Source: the human T2T-CHM13v2.0 reference genome, Homo sapiens. From it: a stretch of 64,000 nt of DNA. Numbering within the stretch: the stretch's first letter is position 1; every line of letters starts with the position of its first letter. The notes below the pieces were generated by a model. It made no database searches. It had not been told where the DNA came from and saw only the letters and a program-made list of their open reading frames with translations. The DNA is taken from NCBI RefSeq assembly GCF_009914755.1, contig NC_060925.1. One strand, 5' to 3'. This document shows positions 11,413 to 27,017 of this stretch, in pieces. Made by a program: the position numbers and the translations under genes.

Positions 11413-11789
11413 AGGTGATTACTGTAACATCAGAGTGGAGTAGTAACTAGAGTGTGTGATTCAGGTAAAGCATGAGACCTGAACTGGCTTCAACACCAGG
11501 CTCGGTCACTCATGCCATGTGTCTTTGAGCAGGTTACTTAACCTATCTGTGCCTCACTTGTGTTTTCTTAAAAATACAGGAAACATTAGTATTGTTTTGC
11601 ACAGTCTGTTACAAGGGTGGAATGAATTGTTTCTTGTAAAGCACTCAGAACAATGAGTGGCACAGAGTAATACATGTTGAGGGTTTGTTGTTGTTGTTGT
11701 TGATGTATTGTCTCAGCACCCTATTATATTTTTCACATGGAGGGGATAAAAAAAATCTTTCTTAAGACAGGCCGCAAGAAGTAGTGCAC

Positions 11790-12165
11790 ATTTTATTTTA
11801 TTTATTCTTTTATTTTCTTATCTGTATAAATTTAAGGGCTACTGGTGCAATTTTGTTACACGGATATATTGTGCAGTGGTGAAATCTGGGCATTTAGCGT
11901 AACTATCATCCGAATAACGTACATTTTACCCCACGTAATTTCTCCTCCCTCACCCCCTGACACCGTCCTACCCACCCTAGTCTCCAGGGTCTCTTACTCC
12001 ATCCTCTGCATCCCTGTGGACACATAATTTAGCTCCCACTTGTAACTGAGAACATCTGGTATTTGACTTTCTGTTCCTCAGTTGTTTGGCTTAAGATAGT
12101 GGCCTCCAATTCCATCCACATTGCAGCAAAGATATGACTTCATTTTTCTTATGGCCAAATAGAAT
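11790..12165 (-). mobile_element. L1MA/L1PB 3' end
   Basis: tttgttacacggatatattgtgcagtggtgaa...gcctccaattccatcca. Confidence 0.75.
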
Positions 12166-12514
12166 TCTTGTAGCGCAAATTTTAATTCATGAGCTACAAT
12201 TCATGTGATTAAATGCTGCTACGGGAACCACTGTGAATAGCAGCACCTTGGTGCAGTTACTCTCCCTCTCTAGGTTTTGACTCGATCATCTTTTTTCTCT
12301 AGCTTTAGATGTCTAAGTGGACACAGGGTGAGTCATGGCCATGAGTTAGGGCTCTATTTTTAACCTTCTGGGGATGGAGGGAGGAGAGAATATGTCCCAG
12401 AGGAAGATGGGGTGACTGTGCTTTGGCGAAGAAGTGGGAGCTGTCCCTGATTCTAAGCATGCTCTCTTGTACTCTTTCCCACGGAGAGCCAGATGAGGCA
12501 CCAGGGACATCTGA

Positions 12515-12816
<302 letters not shown>

Positions 12817-13099
12817 TAGACACTGTCTTGTTATCCAGCTGGGATAATTTCCAGAAGTGGAGAGGCTTCCATATCTCTGCAGTTGGGGGAAGAAAGGTGG
12901 AATAAACAGTTTTGTGCTGAGAAAACCCAGATGCAATTGTAGTTGGAAACTCCCACGACTGAGACTGACACAGGGTCCCACTGGAATTGTGCTAATTCTC
13001 ATCTTGATCATCTTTCTTCAAATATCTGTTCTCCCACTCTTATTGTTGGCACCCCCTTTTACTCCATGCAGCAAGGTACTCTGTGATGTGATGATATTT

Positions 13100-13760
<661 letters not shown>

Positions 13761-14427
13761 GGCAGTGATTTCAGGAAGATTTTCTGAGATTTCTTTTGTA
13801 ATATTATTGTGTTATAAGATATAATAAAGCACAGATATTAGTAATTCCAACCTCTAGAAGAACGTGATCTAAAGCAGTCTGTGTTGACATCAATGTCACA
13901 GATTAACAATTGAAAAACAAATGGATAAATTTAATGATCAGATAGATGATGATAAATACTTAATGCAGCTACAGTCAGTGGACATTGAAGATGAAGGCAG
14001 CCAGGAGTCAAAACACGTCTTATATTTCCAGGCATTCTAGAATGAGAAAAAAGAAGACTTGCTCTGCTTGGTGTGAACTGGGGGGGTTCCCTGTGGAGAA
14101 GGCGGGCGTGATATGGATTGCCTGTATTTCTAGAATTACATGCTATTTCAGCTGTGGTTAGGATTTGAGTAAAGAAAAGAAAGAATCACACTGATATCCA
14201 CAAGGAATATATTTAGGCTGATATTTATTTAACATGAGTCCAATAGATGGAAGTGGTGAAAAATGGGTGTTTGCAGCCAAATGAACTGGATTCAAATCCC
14301 AGGCCTCACGTATTAAGCTTGGGACCTTAAATGAGTTACATAAGTCTTCTGAGGCTCGGTTTCCTTACCAGTACAATAGAAATCATAATTTCTGACCACT
14401 GGATTGATATAAGAATAACTGAAATAA

Positions 14428-14844
<417 letters not shown>

Positions 14845-15264
14845 AAGAAATTCTTATGATGTGCCATGTGCTGTGACTAATGGTGAGATGTAGTGTAAAT
14901 GGAATTATTTGTGCCCTCAAGGAAACTTTGGAGTGATAGAAGTGTTTTACTAATTGTCTGGAATGGTAGTTGGATGACTGCTTACACTTAGCAAAACTCA
15001 TCAAACTGAGTATTAAAATGAATAAATTTTGTTATATGCAAATTATATCCGAATAAAGCTATAAGAAAGTATTTGGGCCCATGCGGAGCTACCAGAATGG
15101 TGTAGAAAAAGAGACAGTAAGCAAATCGTTGCATAACTATGAAGTATAGCTGTGAGAAAGATTAAGAAGGAAAAGAAAGGACAACAAAGAATGCTTTGAA
15201 AAGCCATGGTACCCTGGCTTTCCACCCATCAAATACATTTCCAATAGATGATGATAAATACTTA

Positions 15265-16790
15265 CCATAGCCATCACCTCATAGTTATCTGTGCCAGCTG
15301 ATGGCAAAAGGAGAAAAGCAACTATAATCTACTCAGCAAAAATTCTGAATACAATACACTGTTATTAACTCTAGTCCTTAAGTTATGCTGTACATTAGAT
15401 CTTCCAACTTGTTCATTCTGCGTATGTGCTACTTTGTATCCTTTCATCTACCTTTCTCCATTACCTGAACCCCAACCACTGTTTTATTCTCTCGATCTGT
15501 ATATTTGACCTTTTTTTTCAGATTCCACATATAAGTGAGATCATGCAGTATTTTTAGTTTTGTGTCTGGCTTATTTCACTTAGCATAATATCCTCCAGGT
15601 CTATTCAAATTGTGGATAAATGGTAGCATTTCCTTCTTTTTTTTTTTTTTTGGAGGGTGGTGAATACAGAGGATTTTATTGTTGATGAAAGTGGCATTCA
15701 GTGGGAAGGGGAGCTGGAAAGGGGATGGAGTGGGAAAGTGGTCATCCCTGGAGTCTGGCTTTCCCTGGCCAGGCTCTTCTCTGAAGTCCCACTGTCAAGC
15801 TATCCCTCTGAAGTCAAGCTGTTTCTCTGACATCTGGCTGCTTCTTCTCTTCTCTTCTTCTCTGCCGTTCCTCTGCCAGTGGAGCCTGGGGTTTTTATGG
15901 GTACAGAATGGGGGGCAGGGCGAGCCAGGGGGGTTTTGGAAAAGGCAACATTTGAGCAGAAAAATGGGGATGTTCTCACTTTGGGCCATGGTTCTAGGCT
16001 TGAGGGTGGGGCTTTGCCAGGTACCCCACCCTTTTCTGCCTAGAATTTCTCTGCCTCCTGTCCCTATCAAAACCATAGTGAAAGAGAGCATATCAGTGGT
16101 TAATATGAAGCCAGAAGTGTGGAGAGTGGCATCTCCTTTTTAAGGCAGTGAGATGCTTATATCTATCTAGCTATCTAGCTGACCAGCTCACAGTTTGTCT
16201 ATTCATTCATAGACAGATGCCTAGGTTGTCTTCATTCCTTGGCTATTGTGAATAATGCCGCAATGAACATAGGAGAGCAGAAATCTTTATGAGGTGGTGA
16301 CTTCATTTTCTTTAGGTATACACCCACAAGAGGGATTGCTGGATCATATAGGAGTTTTGTTTTTAACTTCTCCAGACTGTGGTCCATAATGGCTGCCCAA
16401 TCCACATTCCCACCCACGGTGTGCAGGGCTCCCCCTTTCCACATCCTCATCAACACTTCTTATCTCTTGACTTGTTGATAATAGCAATCCTAACAGATGT
16501 GAAGTATTATCTCACTGTAGTTTTGATTTGCATTTCCCTGATGACTAGTGACATTGAGCAACTTTTCATATACCTATTGGTCATTCGTATGTCTTCTTTG
16601 GTAAAACATCTATTCAGGCCTTTTACCCATTTTTCATTGAGTTATATATTCTCTTAGTTTTGAGTTGTAAGAGTTCTTTATAAATGTTGAGTGTTTACCC
16701 CTTATCAGGTATTTTTTCCCAATCCATAGGTTACCTTTTCATCTTGTTAATTGTATCCTTTGCTGTGCAGAATCTTTGTCGTTTGAAGCT
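15265..16790 (-). mobile_element. L1MA 3' portion, interrupted at 15637-16127
   Basis: ORF 16232..16456 LLYDPAIPLVGVY...PMFIAALFTIAK; L1MA-type 3' UTR. Confidence 0.8.
15652..16069 (-). mobile_element. ERV1 LTR (LTR1/LTR27/LTR28/MER52 group), ending at its poly(A) site
   Basis: Minus strand begins TGATAGGGACAGGAGGCAGAGAAATTCTAGGCAGAAAAGGG; AATAAA 15680-15675 then poly(A). Confidence 0.75.
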
Positions 16791-17489
16791 TTATTACTAT
16801 TATACCTTGTTTTATGGTGTTTATGAACTAGGGCTTTGCAGAAATGGAAGAAGTGGTAAACCAGTGAAAAATGCTGTCCAAGTGTCAAAAGTCCTTTGAG
16901 CAAAATCGGGGGCTCTCCAGATTTCTAGACTTACCTTTCTCTCTCTTTGCTCAAGAACTGTTTCTCCGGAACACTCTGTCCTCCTCAGCCCTGAAAACAA
17001 ACATATACTAGTGTTCTTCAATAGAGTTCTCCATGCTTATAGAATTATATACATATGTGCAAATAAAATATGTGCTCCTTTATATGACAAATTATATCAT
17101 ATAATATAAAAGTAAATTATATGCATAAAAGTTTAACTTTTCTCTATTTCTCATCTCTCTACAGTATTTACTTTAGAATTAGCATCCAGACTTTAGAAGG
17201 ACATCACAGGGATGCATATTTAACACAGTGATTTATTCAAAAAGAAATTCAGTGGATTTTCAGATAAAAAGTAAATTTTATAATTAAATTATATGTTACA
17301 AATCAAGGGCCAATAGTAGCTGTGAATACATATTTCCTGTTTCACAAAAGAGTTATTTCTTGTGCTGAAAAGCTAGTCAAAGGTGAACATACTAATATAT
17401 GTTTGGACCTTATTATTAATTCTTTGCCAATTAAGAATGAGATTTACTTTTTTTTGAGAAAGAGATTTCTTCCAGGATCCTCAGTACCA

Positions 17490-17910
<421 letters not shown>

Positions 17911-18143
17911 TTAAAAATGTTACAGTATTTATCTTAAAAATAAGCGATATAAATTATATGCTACATTATGTATTAAATCAATCATAAATGATATATTAAT
18001 TATATATAATGTATATTATTTTATGCATTATATATTATATGGCATATATTAGTATGCAAAGAAATGGGTAATATGTAGTTTTCATGTACCCTGCTTTATT
18101 ACTGTGAGAAATGGAGGGAAATCCCTTTACGTGGGCTGGGTAA

Positions 18144-18461
<318 letters not shown>

Positions 18462-19269
18462 TAGTGGCAGGACTCTTTCCTCCTCAAGCTATACAGTGGT
18501 GAAATCCTAGTGAATTTTCTTGACATGGCAGTGATTTCAGTGTGAAACAAGCTGCCATTTCATATCTTCATGGTTTACTGGTTTTACTCTGGGCTCTGGT
18601 TACTCTGCAATTCCAGTTATCTGATTCTGTTGAAATCCCGTGTGTTGCTGCCTCTGCAGCCTCTTCTTCCTCATTCCGCCCTGGGGAATATGTCAGATAT
18701 TCAGGGCACACAGTACTGGCAAGACTTGCTTACTAAGAACCTATTTCCATTCCCTCCGCTCCCCACCAAGTTTTAAGATCAGAAACGAGTTGGCTACTAT
18801 CCTCTGTCATCTTTCATCCTAAAGTAAAATAATTTCTGAAATTCCCAAATGCTGCAGGAAAAGTATTACAAGGAAACCGAAAAACCACGTTTGAGAGATA
18901 CTATAGATGCTTTGCTTCAACTTTCGCGGGTTACTTCTCCTTCCCCACTCCCGCTTCACAATCACTTTTTTTCCCCTTCAAAATGAAAAAGTGTTCTTTA
19001 ACCTTTCCTGAAGGTGACTAAGAAGCATTGCTCTATGGTCTTCTCTCTTTATACTTTTCTTTCTTTCTTCTGTATTTCATCTTCCCTTCCTTTCCTTCTC
19101 TTTTGTTTTTCTTTGTGTCCCTCCCCATTCTTTCCAAAGTTGTGCTATTTCTTATTTGTAGGCTGGGGATATTTAAGATGTATAATTTTATTTCCATTCA
19201 AAATTTCTACCACTTAGAGGAGATTTCCTCTTGAATGACCTACCAATATCTCAAGAAGTAAGGAATTTC

Positions 19270-19562
<293 letters not shown>

Positions 19563-19565
19563 GTG

Positions 19566-21378
19566 AAATTTCTTTACTTCCTAAACTTCTGTGGTGAATA
19601 AATGTCTTGTGGACCTTAATTAGCACGATTTCCTAAAGAAGTAACTTTTAAGTTCCATGCTTAGAAGCAAAGCGTGCATGAAAAAAGAACGCCTGTTGCC
19701 AGACATTTTATAACAATGATCTGTGTCACTACTTCACAGCAGCACTACCATTGTCATTATTGTATGGTACTCCTCATGGTACCCTGGCTTTCCACCCATC
19801 CTCAGCTCACCACCACTTAATTGTGAGGACAGCTCGTTTCCCCTGACTCATTTACTGTGCTTGGGGAAATCACCTTTGTTCTACCCTCCAAAGTTATGAA
19901 ATTATCTCCCAACTAGGCCAGAGAGGCAGTTACTGTTGTGGTATAGTTTTAAAATGCTGAGTACCACACGGATCAAATACATTTCCATTATTAGTGTGCT
20001 CATACTTCTCATCTCATTTCATATTGCAAAATTTTACCAGGATGGGTCATGATGAGGAGTTGTCACATAATAACTCATAACAACTGAAGTGTCAGTTTTA
20101 TGGGTGTTTATCACACTAATGTCTTTTAGAAAGACTCATGGCCTTTTTTTGTTTTTTTGAAATAGGATGAGTAAGATTGATTGTAAGAGAGAGAGAGATT
20201 CTTAGACAGATGGGCAGATTTTCTTTCTAGATTTCAAAATCAGAGTGATTGTCATTAGTTACAACTTGAACTAATCTTTTAATTGCAGTTTTAGGCTCAG
20301 TACTCCTACACAAGCTTGAGACTTCAATATTTTGAAGAATGTGAAAACTAGCAAAAGCCACTACATATTTCTTGTCCCAGTTCTTCATTCTTCTAGCCAC
20401 AGGTTTTATTTGGATATAACAAATTTGCATTTTTGCCCTTATACTGTTAGGTCACAGAGTTATGTGTGGATGCCAACCCCATTAAAAAAATGTAGAATCC
20501 ACTCAGTTTTTATATACCTGCAGTATTAATTATAACAAGATTGATGAGACTATTACGAAGTTGTAAGCATTTTCAACTGTTTATGAAAAACATAATGTAT
20601 AACTTTTAATGAGCAATTTTTCTCAGTGCTCTAACAAATACAGCTTCACATTGCAAACACTCAGAGTCTAGTTTTAGGAAATATATATGAAATCCTCTGT
20701 ATTGCATCAAAAAATATTCATAATTTCTCATGTGGCGATAACTAGAAGATATGAAATTAGAATAAATAGCTGAATAATTCAATAGTTTGATGTAGCCATT
20801 CTCTAAATATACCTCTTTTCTTTCTAAACAAAAGGAAATCATTCACCAAATCCTCTTCCTACTCAAAGGCTTTTGTGTTGACAGTTTTCTCAAGATTTGC
20901 CATTAAACACGATTCAACTTTGTGGATATGGTTCCAAATAGAATTTTAACTGAGATGTAGAATAATTTTATTCCATATAATTTCACCACCCTTTGGCTTT
21001 TAAATTATGTTTAAATAATATATATAAACACACATATATATGCTTAAATATATATGTTTATATATTAATGTAACGTAATTATATATTTAAACACATATAT
21101 GTATATCTAAAAACTGGCTGATTAAGTAAATATAACCTTGCCTTTGGGAATTTCCTTACGTCTTAAACTTCTGTAGAGAATAAATGTATTGTGGACCTTA
21201 ATTAGCACAATTTCCTGAAGAATTAACTTTTAAGTTTCATGCTTAGAAGCAAAGCTTGCATGAACAAAGAACATCGTTCCCAGACATTTTATACAATGCT
21301 CAGTGTCACTACTTGACAGCAGCACTACTATTGTCCTTATTGTATGGTACTCCCCATGGTACTCCGGCTTTCCACCCA
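19566..21378 (+). repeat. Dispersed direct duplication of about 232 bp (19566-19798 and 21148-21378)
   Basis: Hand alignment gives about 25 differences, about 89% identity. Confidence 0.92.
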
Positions 21379-21435
21379 GAAGTCAGTCTGACACAACTAG
21401 CAGGTTGATTTTATCTTCACACTCCATTGTCATCT

Positions 21436-21856
21436 ACTATGGACTGAATTGTGGCTCCCAAAATTCATATGCTGAAGCGCTAACCCCCAGTGTGACTGCA
21501 TCTGGAGACAGGATCTTTGGTAGGTAATTCATGTTAAATGAGAAAATGAAGGTGGCACCCTAATTCAATAGGACTGTGGCCTTATTAGAAGAGGAAGTGC
21601 TCTCTCTCACTTGCTCACACGCTCTGTGTTTCTGTCTCCCTCTCTCTATCTTTCATATTCTTTCTCCCTCCCCACCATGTGAGGACACAGAAATAAGGCG
21701 GTCTTTTGCAAGCCAGAAAGAGAATCCTCACCAGAAACCAAATCCTGACAGAAACTTCATCCTGGACTTTTCAGCCTCCAGAACTGTGAGAAAATAAATT
21801 TCTATTTTTTACGCCATGGTGGTAATTTGTTACGGCAGCCCAACCAGGCGAATGCA
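21436..21856 (+). mobile_element. MLT1A-type MaLR LTR
   Basis: tatggactgaattgtgg...aaaattcatatgctgaag...cagcctccagaactgtgagaaaataaatt. Confidence 0.85.
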
Positions 21857-22205
21857 CCGCCTTCATCATGTTGTCTCTCTCTACCGCATTCATTCTTCTA
21901 TCCTTTTCATTTCATTAAAAACAAATCATTATGTAACATAAAGTCTGGATACACAGCAAATGTTTTCATTTGTTCCACATTTTGAAGAACTTTTAATCTC
22001 ACCCAGGGGAACATATGAACTAGTTTCAGAAAACAAATAGCATGAATTTGGAAACATAATTTCTTAAGGCTGAAAAAACTAAAACTATGAGTTAAGTTTT
22101 TAGAAAATGCTACAAAAAGTATCTTTTTTTAACGCAGAAATAAAAACACACAAGGAAGAAGTAGAATAATTGCTAACTATAATCTTATTTAGAAAAGTGA
22201 GTTCA

Positions 22206-22573
<368 letters not shown>

Positions 22574-22699
22574 TTAGGAAGAAGCGCCTTGCACTGAACA
22601 TGTGTTTAATTCTTTAGATTCATAGATATCACAGCACAACATCTTCAATTAACTTGTAAATGTTTATAGTCATGGAAAATTCCTGTCAGAGAAAGTATC

Positions 22700-22872
22700 G
22701 GCCGGGCGCAATGGCTCACGCTTGTAATCCCAGCACTTTGGGAGGCCGAAGCGGGCAGATCACAAGAGGTCAGGAGTTCGAGACCAGCCTGGCCAACATG
22801 GTGAAACCCCATCTCTACTAAAAATACAAAAACAAACAAACAAACAAAGCTAGCTGGGCGTGGTGGTGCGTG
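22700..22872 (+). mobile_element. 3'-truncated AluS
   Basis: Left arm plus the start of the right arm, no tail. Confidence 0.9.
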
Positions 22873-23629
22873 AAAGCAGAATCCTGGAATTAAACATTGA
22901 CTAAGTTTGTGATAAACTCTGGGGAGACCTAGAGGAGAAACTAAATACATAATCTTGTAATTTTATAAGCATTTTGAGAAAGTGTGAGTGGTAGTAGCAA
23001 ATGTAGGTAACTCCAAACAAACATGAAAAATAGCATGATTTGCAGGATGTGGCTTTGGATGTTGTGGGCACCATGTACATGGTTGGGGCATCTGGTTTAT
23101 GGGGATGAGCACAGTATTTGTATCCAGAGTATATATCTCTGGATCTGTGTCACAGACACACTACATACTTAGGGCAAGAAGTATCAGCACTTTGAGCCTC
23201 AGCCTTCTTGCACAAAAAGGCAAGAAATAACATTCACCTCCTAGGATTTGGAGATGATTGAATGTTTTAATATATGGGAATAGAAGGCATGCTGAAACTG
23301 ATTATTTCTTCACTCTAAAAATGATTATTTTTTGTAAATAATAAACAAAAAACAAGCAAAACCATAACAGCATGCAAGAATCAGTGTGGGAAGAGCAGAA
23401 ATTATGTTGCCGTGTTCCAAATACTACCACCTACATTTTAACAGTTGTTGAGCCCTGTGCAATTTAGTTAGCTTCCAGCTGAGCCTCAATTTTCCCACTT
23501 CTAGAGCAAGAATTATCACAGTTTATACATTATTTGCACTATAACTTGGTGCTAAATAAATGGGAAATATACACAGTCGATGCAGAGGAAACTGAAGCAC
23601 AGAGAGATTAGGAAAGTTGCAAGAGAAAG

Positions 23630-24662
23630 CAGAGCTCCACCATGACACAGCTGGAGATGACACTCGGGCCAGGAGCCAGGACAGAGCTCCACCATGACAC
23701 AGCTGGAGACGACACTCAGGCCAGAAGTCAGGACAGAGCTCCACCGTGACACAGCTGGAGACGACACTCAGGCCAGAAGCCAGGACAGAGCTCCACCGTG
23801 ACACAGCTGGAGATGACACTCAGGCCAGAAGCCAGGGCGGAGCTCCACCGTGACACAGCTGGAGACGACACTCAGGCCAGAAGCCAGGGCGGAGCTCCAC
23901 CGTGACACAGCTGGAGACGACACTCAGGCCAGAAGCCAGGACAGAGCTCCACCATGACACAGCTGGAGACGACACTCAGGCCAGAAGTCAGGACAGAGCT
24001 CCACCATGACACAGCTGGAGACGACACTCGGGCCAGAAGCCAGTACAGAGCTCCACCATGACGCAGCTGGAGACGACACTCAGGCCAGAAGTCAGGACAG
24101 AGCTCCACCATGACACAGCTGGAGACAACACTCGGGCCAGAAGCCAGTACAGAGCTCCACCATGACGCAGCTGGAGACGACACTCAGGCCAGAAGTCAGG
24201 ACAGAGCTCCACTGTGACACAGCTGGAGAGGACACTCAGGCCAGAAGCCAGGACAGAGCTCCACCATGATACAGCTGGAGACAACACTCAGGCCAGAAGC
24301 CAGGGCGGAGCTCCACCGTGACACAGCTGGAGACGACACTCGGGCCAGAAGCCAGGACAGAGCTCCACCATGACACAGCTGGAGACGACACACAGGCCAG
24401 AAGTCAGGACAGAGCTCCACCATGACACAGCTGGAGACGACACTCGGGCCAGAAGCCAGGGCGGAGCTCCACCATGACACAGCTGGAGACGACACTCGGG
24501 CCAGAAGGCAGTGCAGAGCTCCACCATGACACAGCTGGAGACGACACTCAGGCCAGAAGCCAGGGCACAGCTCCACCATGATGCAGCTGGAGACGACACT
24601 CAGGCCGGAAGGCAGGGCAGAGCTCCACCATGACATAGCTGGAGATGACACTCAGGCCAGAG
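23630..24662. repeat. 52-bp minisatellite (VNTR), about 20 copies
   Basis: Consensus CAGAGCTCCACCATGACACAGCTGGAGACGACACTCAGGCCAGAAGCCAGGA. Confidence 0.98.
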
Positions 24663-25689
24663 GCTAGGCCCTTTCACTCCACTGCCTCATAAAAGAGATG
24701 CAAATCTATGATGACGCAAAGCTGGCAGGGACCGCTCATGCACATCACCCCAACAATCAAGAAGCTGATTCTGAGTAAAAAAGATAAAACTTAAATAGGA
24801 TGCTGCTTTAAAATTCAATTGCTCCATTACAGGATAGGGGAAAGCTGGTTGGGAAATTGCATGTGCAATAAAATTCTGACAATCTCTCTCTCTCTCTCTT
24901 TTTCTGCATTCAGTTTAGAAGGTTCTATGAAAAGTTTTCTTTGATTACACATTTTAAATAAATAAAGCAATAGAGAAATTATGAGAAAACCTAATGAACT
25001 GTTTTCAATAGTAAAAATACCATTCATATAAAAATCTAGTAAAGCTATGCATTCTATACTGTTAAACCACCTCTTTTTTTGTTGTTGTCGTTTGCTTGTT
25101 TTTTGTTTGCTTATGTAACTTATTTGTTCCTTTCTTTTTATTTTTCAACTTTTATTTTAGATTCAGGGGAGATAACCTTTTCAAATTGGATTTTAAATTG
25201 ACACACTGGAGTGTTTGGGAGGGGAGTCTGGAGACTTGTTATAGAACACTCTCTTTGAAGGATTTATTAGGATTTTCTCTGTGCAACACCATTGAAAGTA
25301 ATTTGCTTTTGGCTGGGCCACCAACTTTTGGGAATAGCGCAAAAAGAAGACTACTTCATGAAATTCAAGAGCGAGTTAAATGGACACCTTTTGCCATCCC
25401 CTTGTTGCCATAATGTTAGAATTCTTACATATCTTTGAGATATCTTGTTTCGACAGACACCTAATCTAATCCATTCTTCATGCTTACCTGCTTGAATAAT
25501 CTTCAGAAATTGCAATCCTCATTTTATCATTCAATTATTTTAAAGCCCATACGGACCCTCCAAAGAGCAGCATGTGATACCTGGAGCCATCTCTGACTTG
25601 TCCTCTATGTCACCCCATGCCTCCTCCTCACCAACCTCATTCTCTTCACCACTTGTTCCAACGTTTAAAAAGCACATGCTAGTTTCAGA

Positions 25690-25945
25690 TAGAGAGGAGG
25701 AAGAGGCTTTGAGATCTATTGCACAGCAGAATGACTATAGTAAATAATAGTGTACTATGTATTTCAAAATGACTGAGGGTACATTTCAAATGTCTCACCA
25801 TAGAAATGATAGGTAGGTGAGGTGATGGATATCTTATTAGCCTGACTTAATCATGCCACATTGTATAAATGTATCAAAACATCACATAATTGTACCTCAT
25901 AAATGTATATAATTATGATTTCTTAAACCAAACTAATAGTAATAA
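25690..25945 (+). mobile_element. L1M 3' end
   Basis: gagatctattgcacagcagaatgactatag...gaggtgatggatatc. Confidence 0.7.
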
Positions 25946-26719
25946 TAAATTTAAAAAAATGAAAGAATGACCAAAAAAAGGGGGGGTGGGGAGAAGCACA
26001 TATTCAAGGCTGGTTTCTTAGTACATGCTCGTTTCTCTGTCTTTCTCTCGCATTAACTGGCTAGAGTCCTACTTATCCTTTTATACTTGGATCAGTCTCA
26101 TTTCCTTCTATGAAATCTTCTGTGATGTCCCTGTCTTTGTTTCCGAATTCTGCTTTGTTTTCTTGTGTCATTACAGTCCCCTGCTGGCCCTGTTTTCTGC
26201 CATGGGAACATTTTACTCATTTGTTCTATGTTTAAATTCTCCTTGCCTCCTCAGGACCTAGTTTTGGTCTGTAGAAGGTATTTACTAAATGCATAAGTAA
26301 ACAGATTGATTCCGGGGTTACTGATCAAAATATGTGCTTCTGTAATTCTATTGTCAACTATTGTCCCAAATAAATGCTCATGCTGGCCTGCTCTTGTCAC
26401 CTTTTTATGGCTCACTTACAGTCATTGCTGCCTCAATTCATTTGCAAATACATTATTTCACCTGCCATACAAACTTATTTGCATTTTTTTCCCCCAATTC
26501 TACTCAACACTCTAGACTTGGTTCAAATTTGACTTTTTCTTTAGCCATTTGTCTTTACTACTGTGTAAGATACAGGATGGCAGAAATTTTTTATTCTATT
26601 GTCTTGATTTTTAAATATAATACCTGGTACAATGCTTGATGCCTATTAGAGGCTCAATATGGGCTTGGATAATTATCATTCTTTGTCTCTTTGGCTGTTG
26701 GCTTTTCCTATGCCACTGA

Positions 26720-27017
<298 letters not shown>

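Noticed and set aside
15679-16143. 154-aa ORF
   Set aside because: Antisense reading of the LTR insert
23523-24651. Repetitive ORFs (SSPAVSWWSS...)
   Set aside because: Translations of a 52-bp repeat cycling through frames; no splice or promoter support
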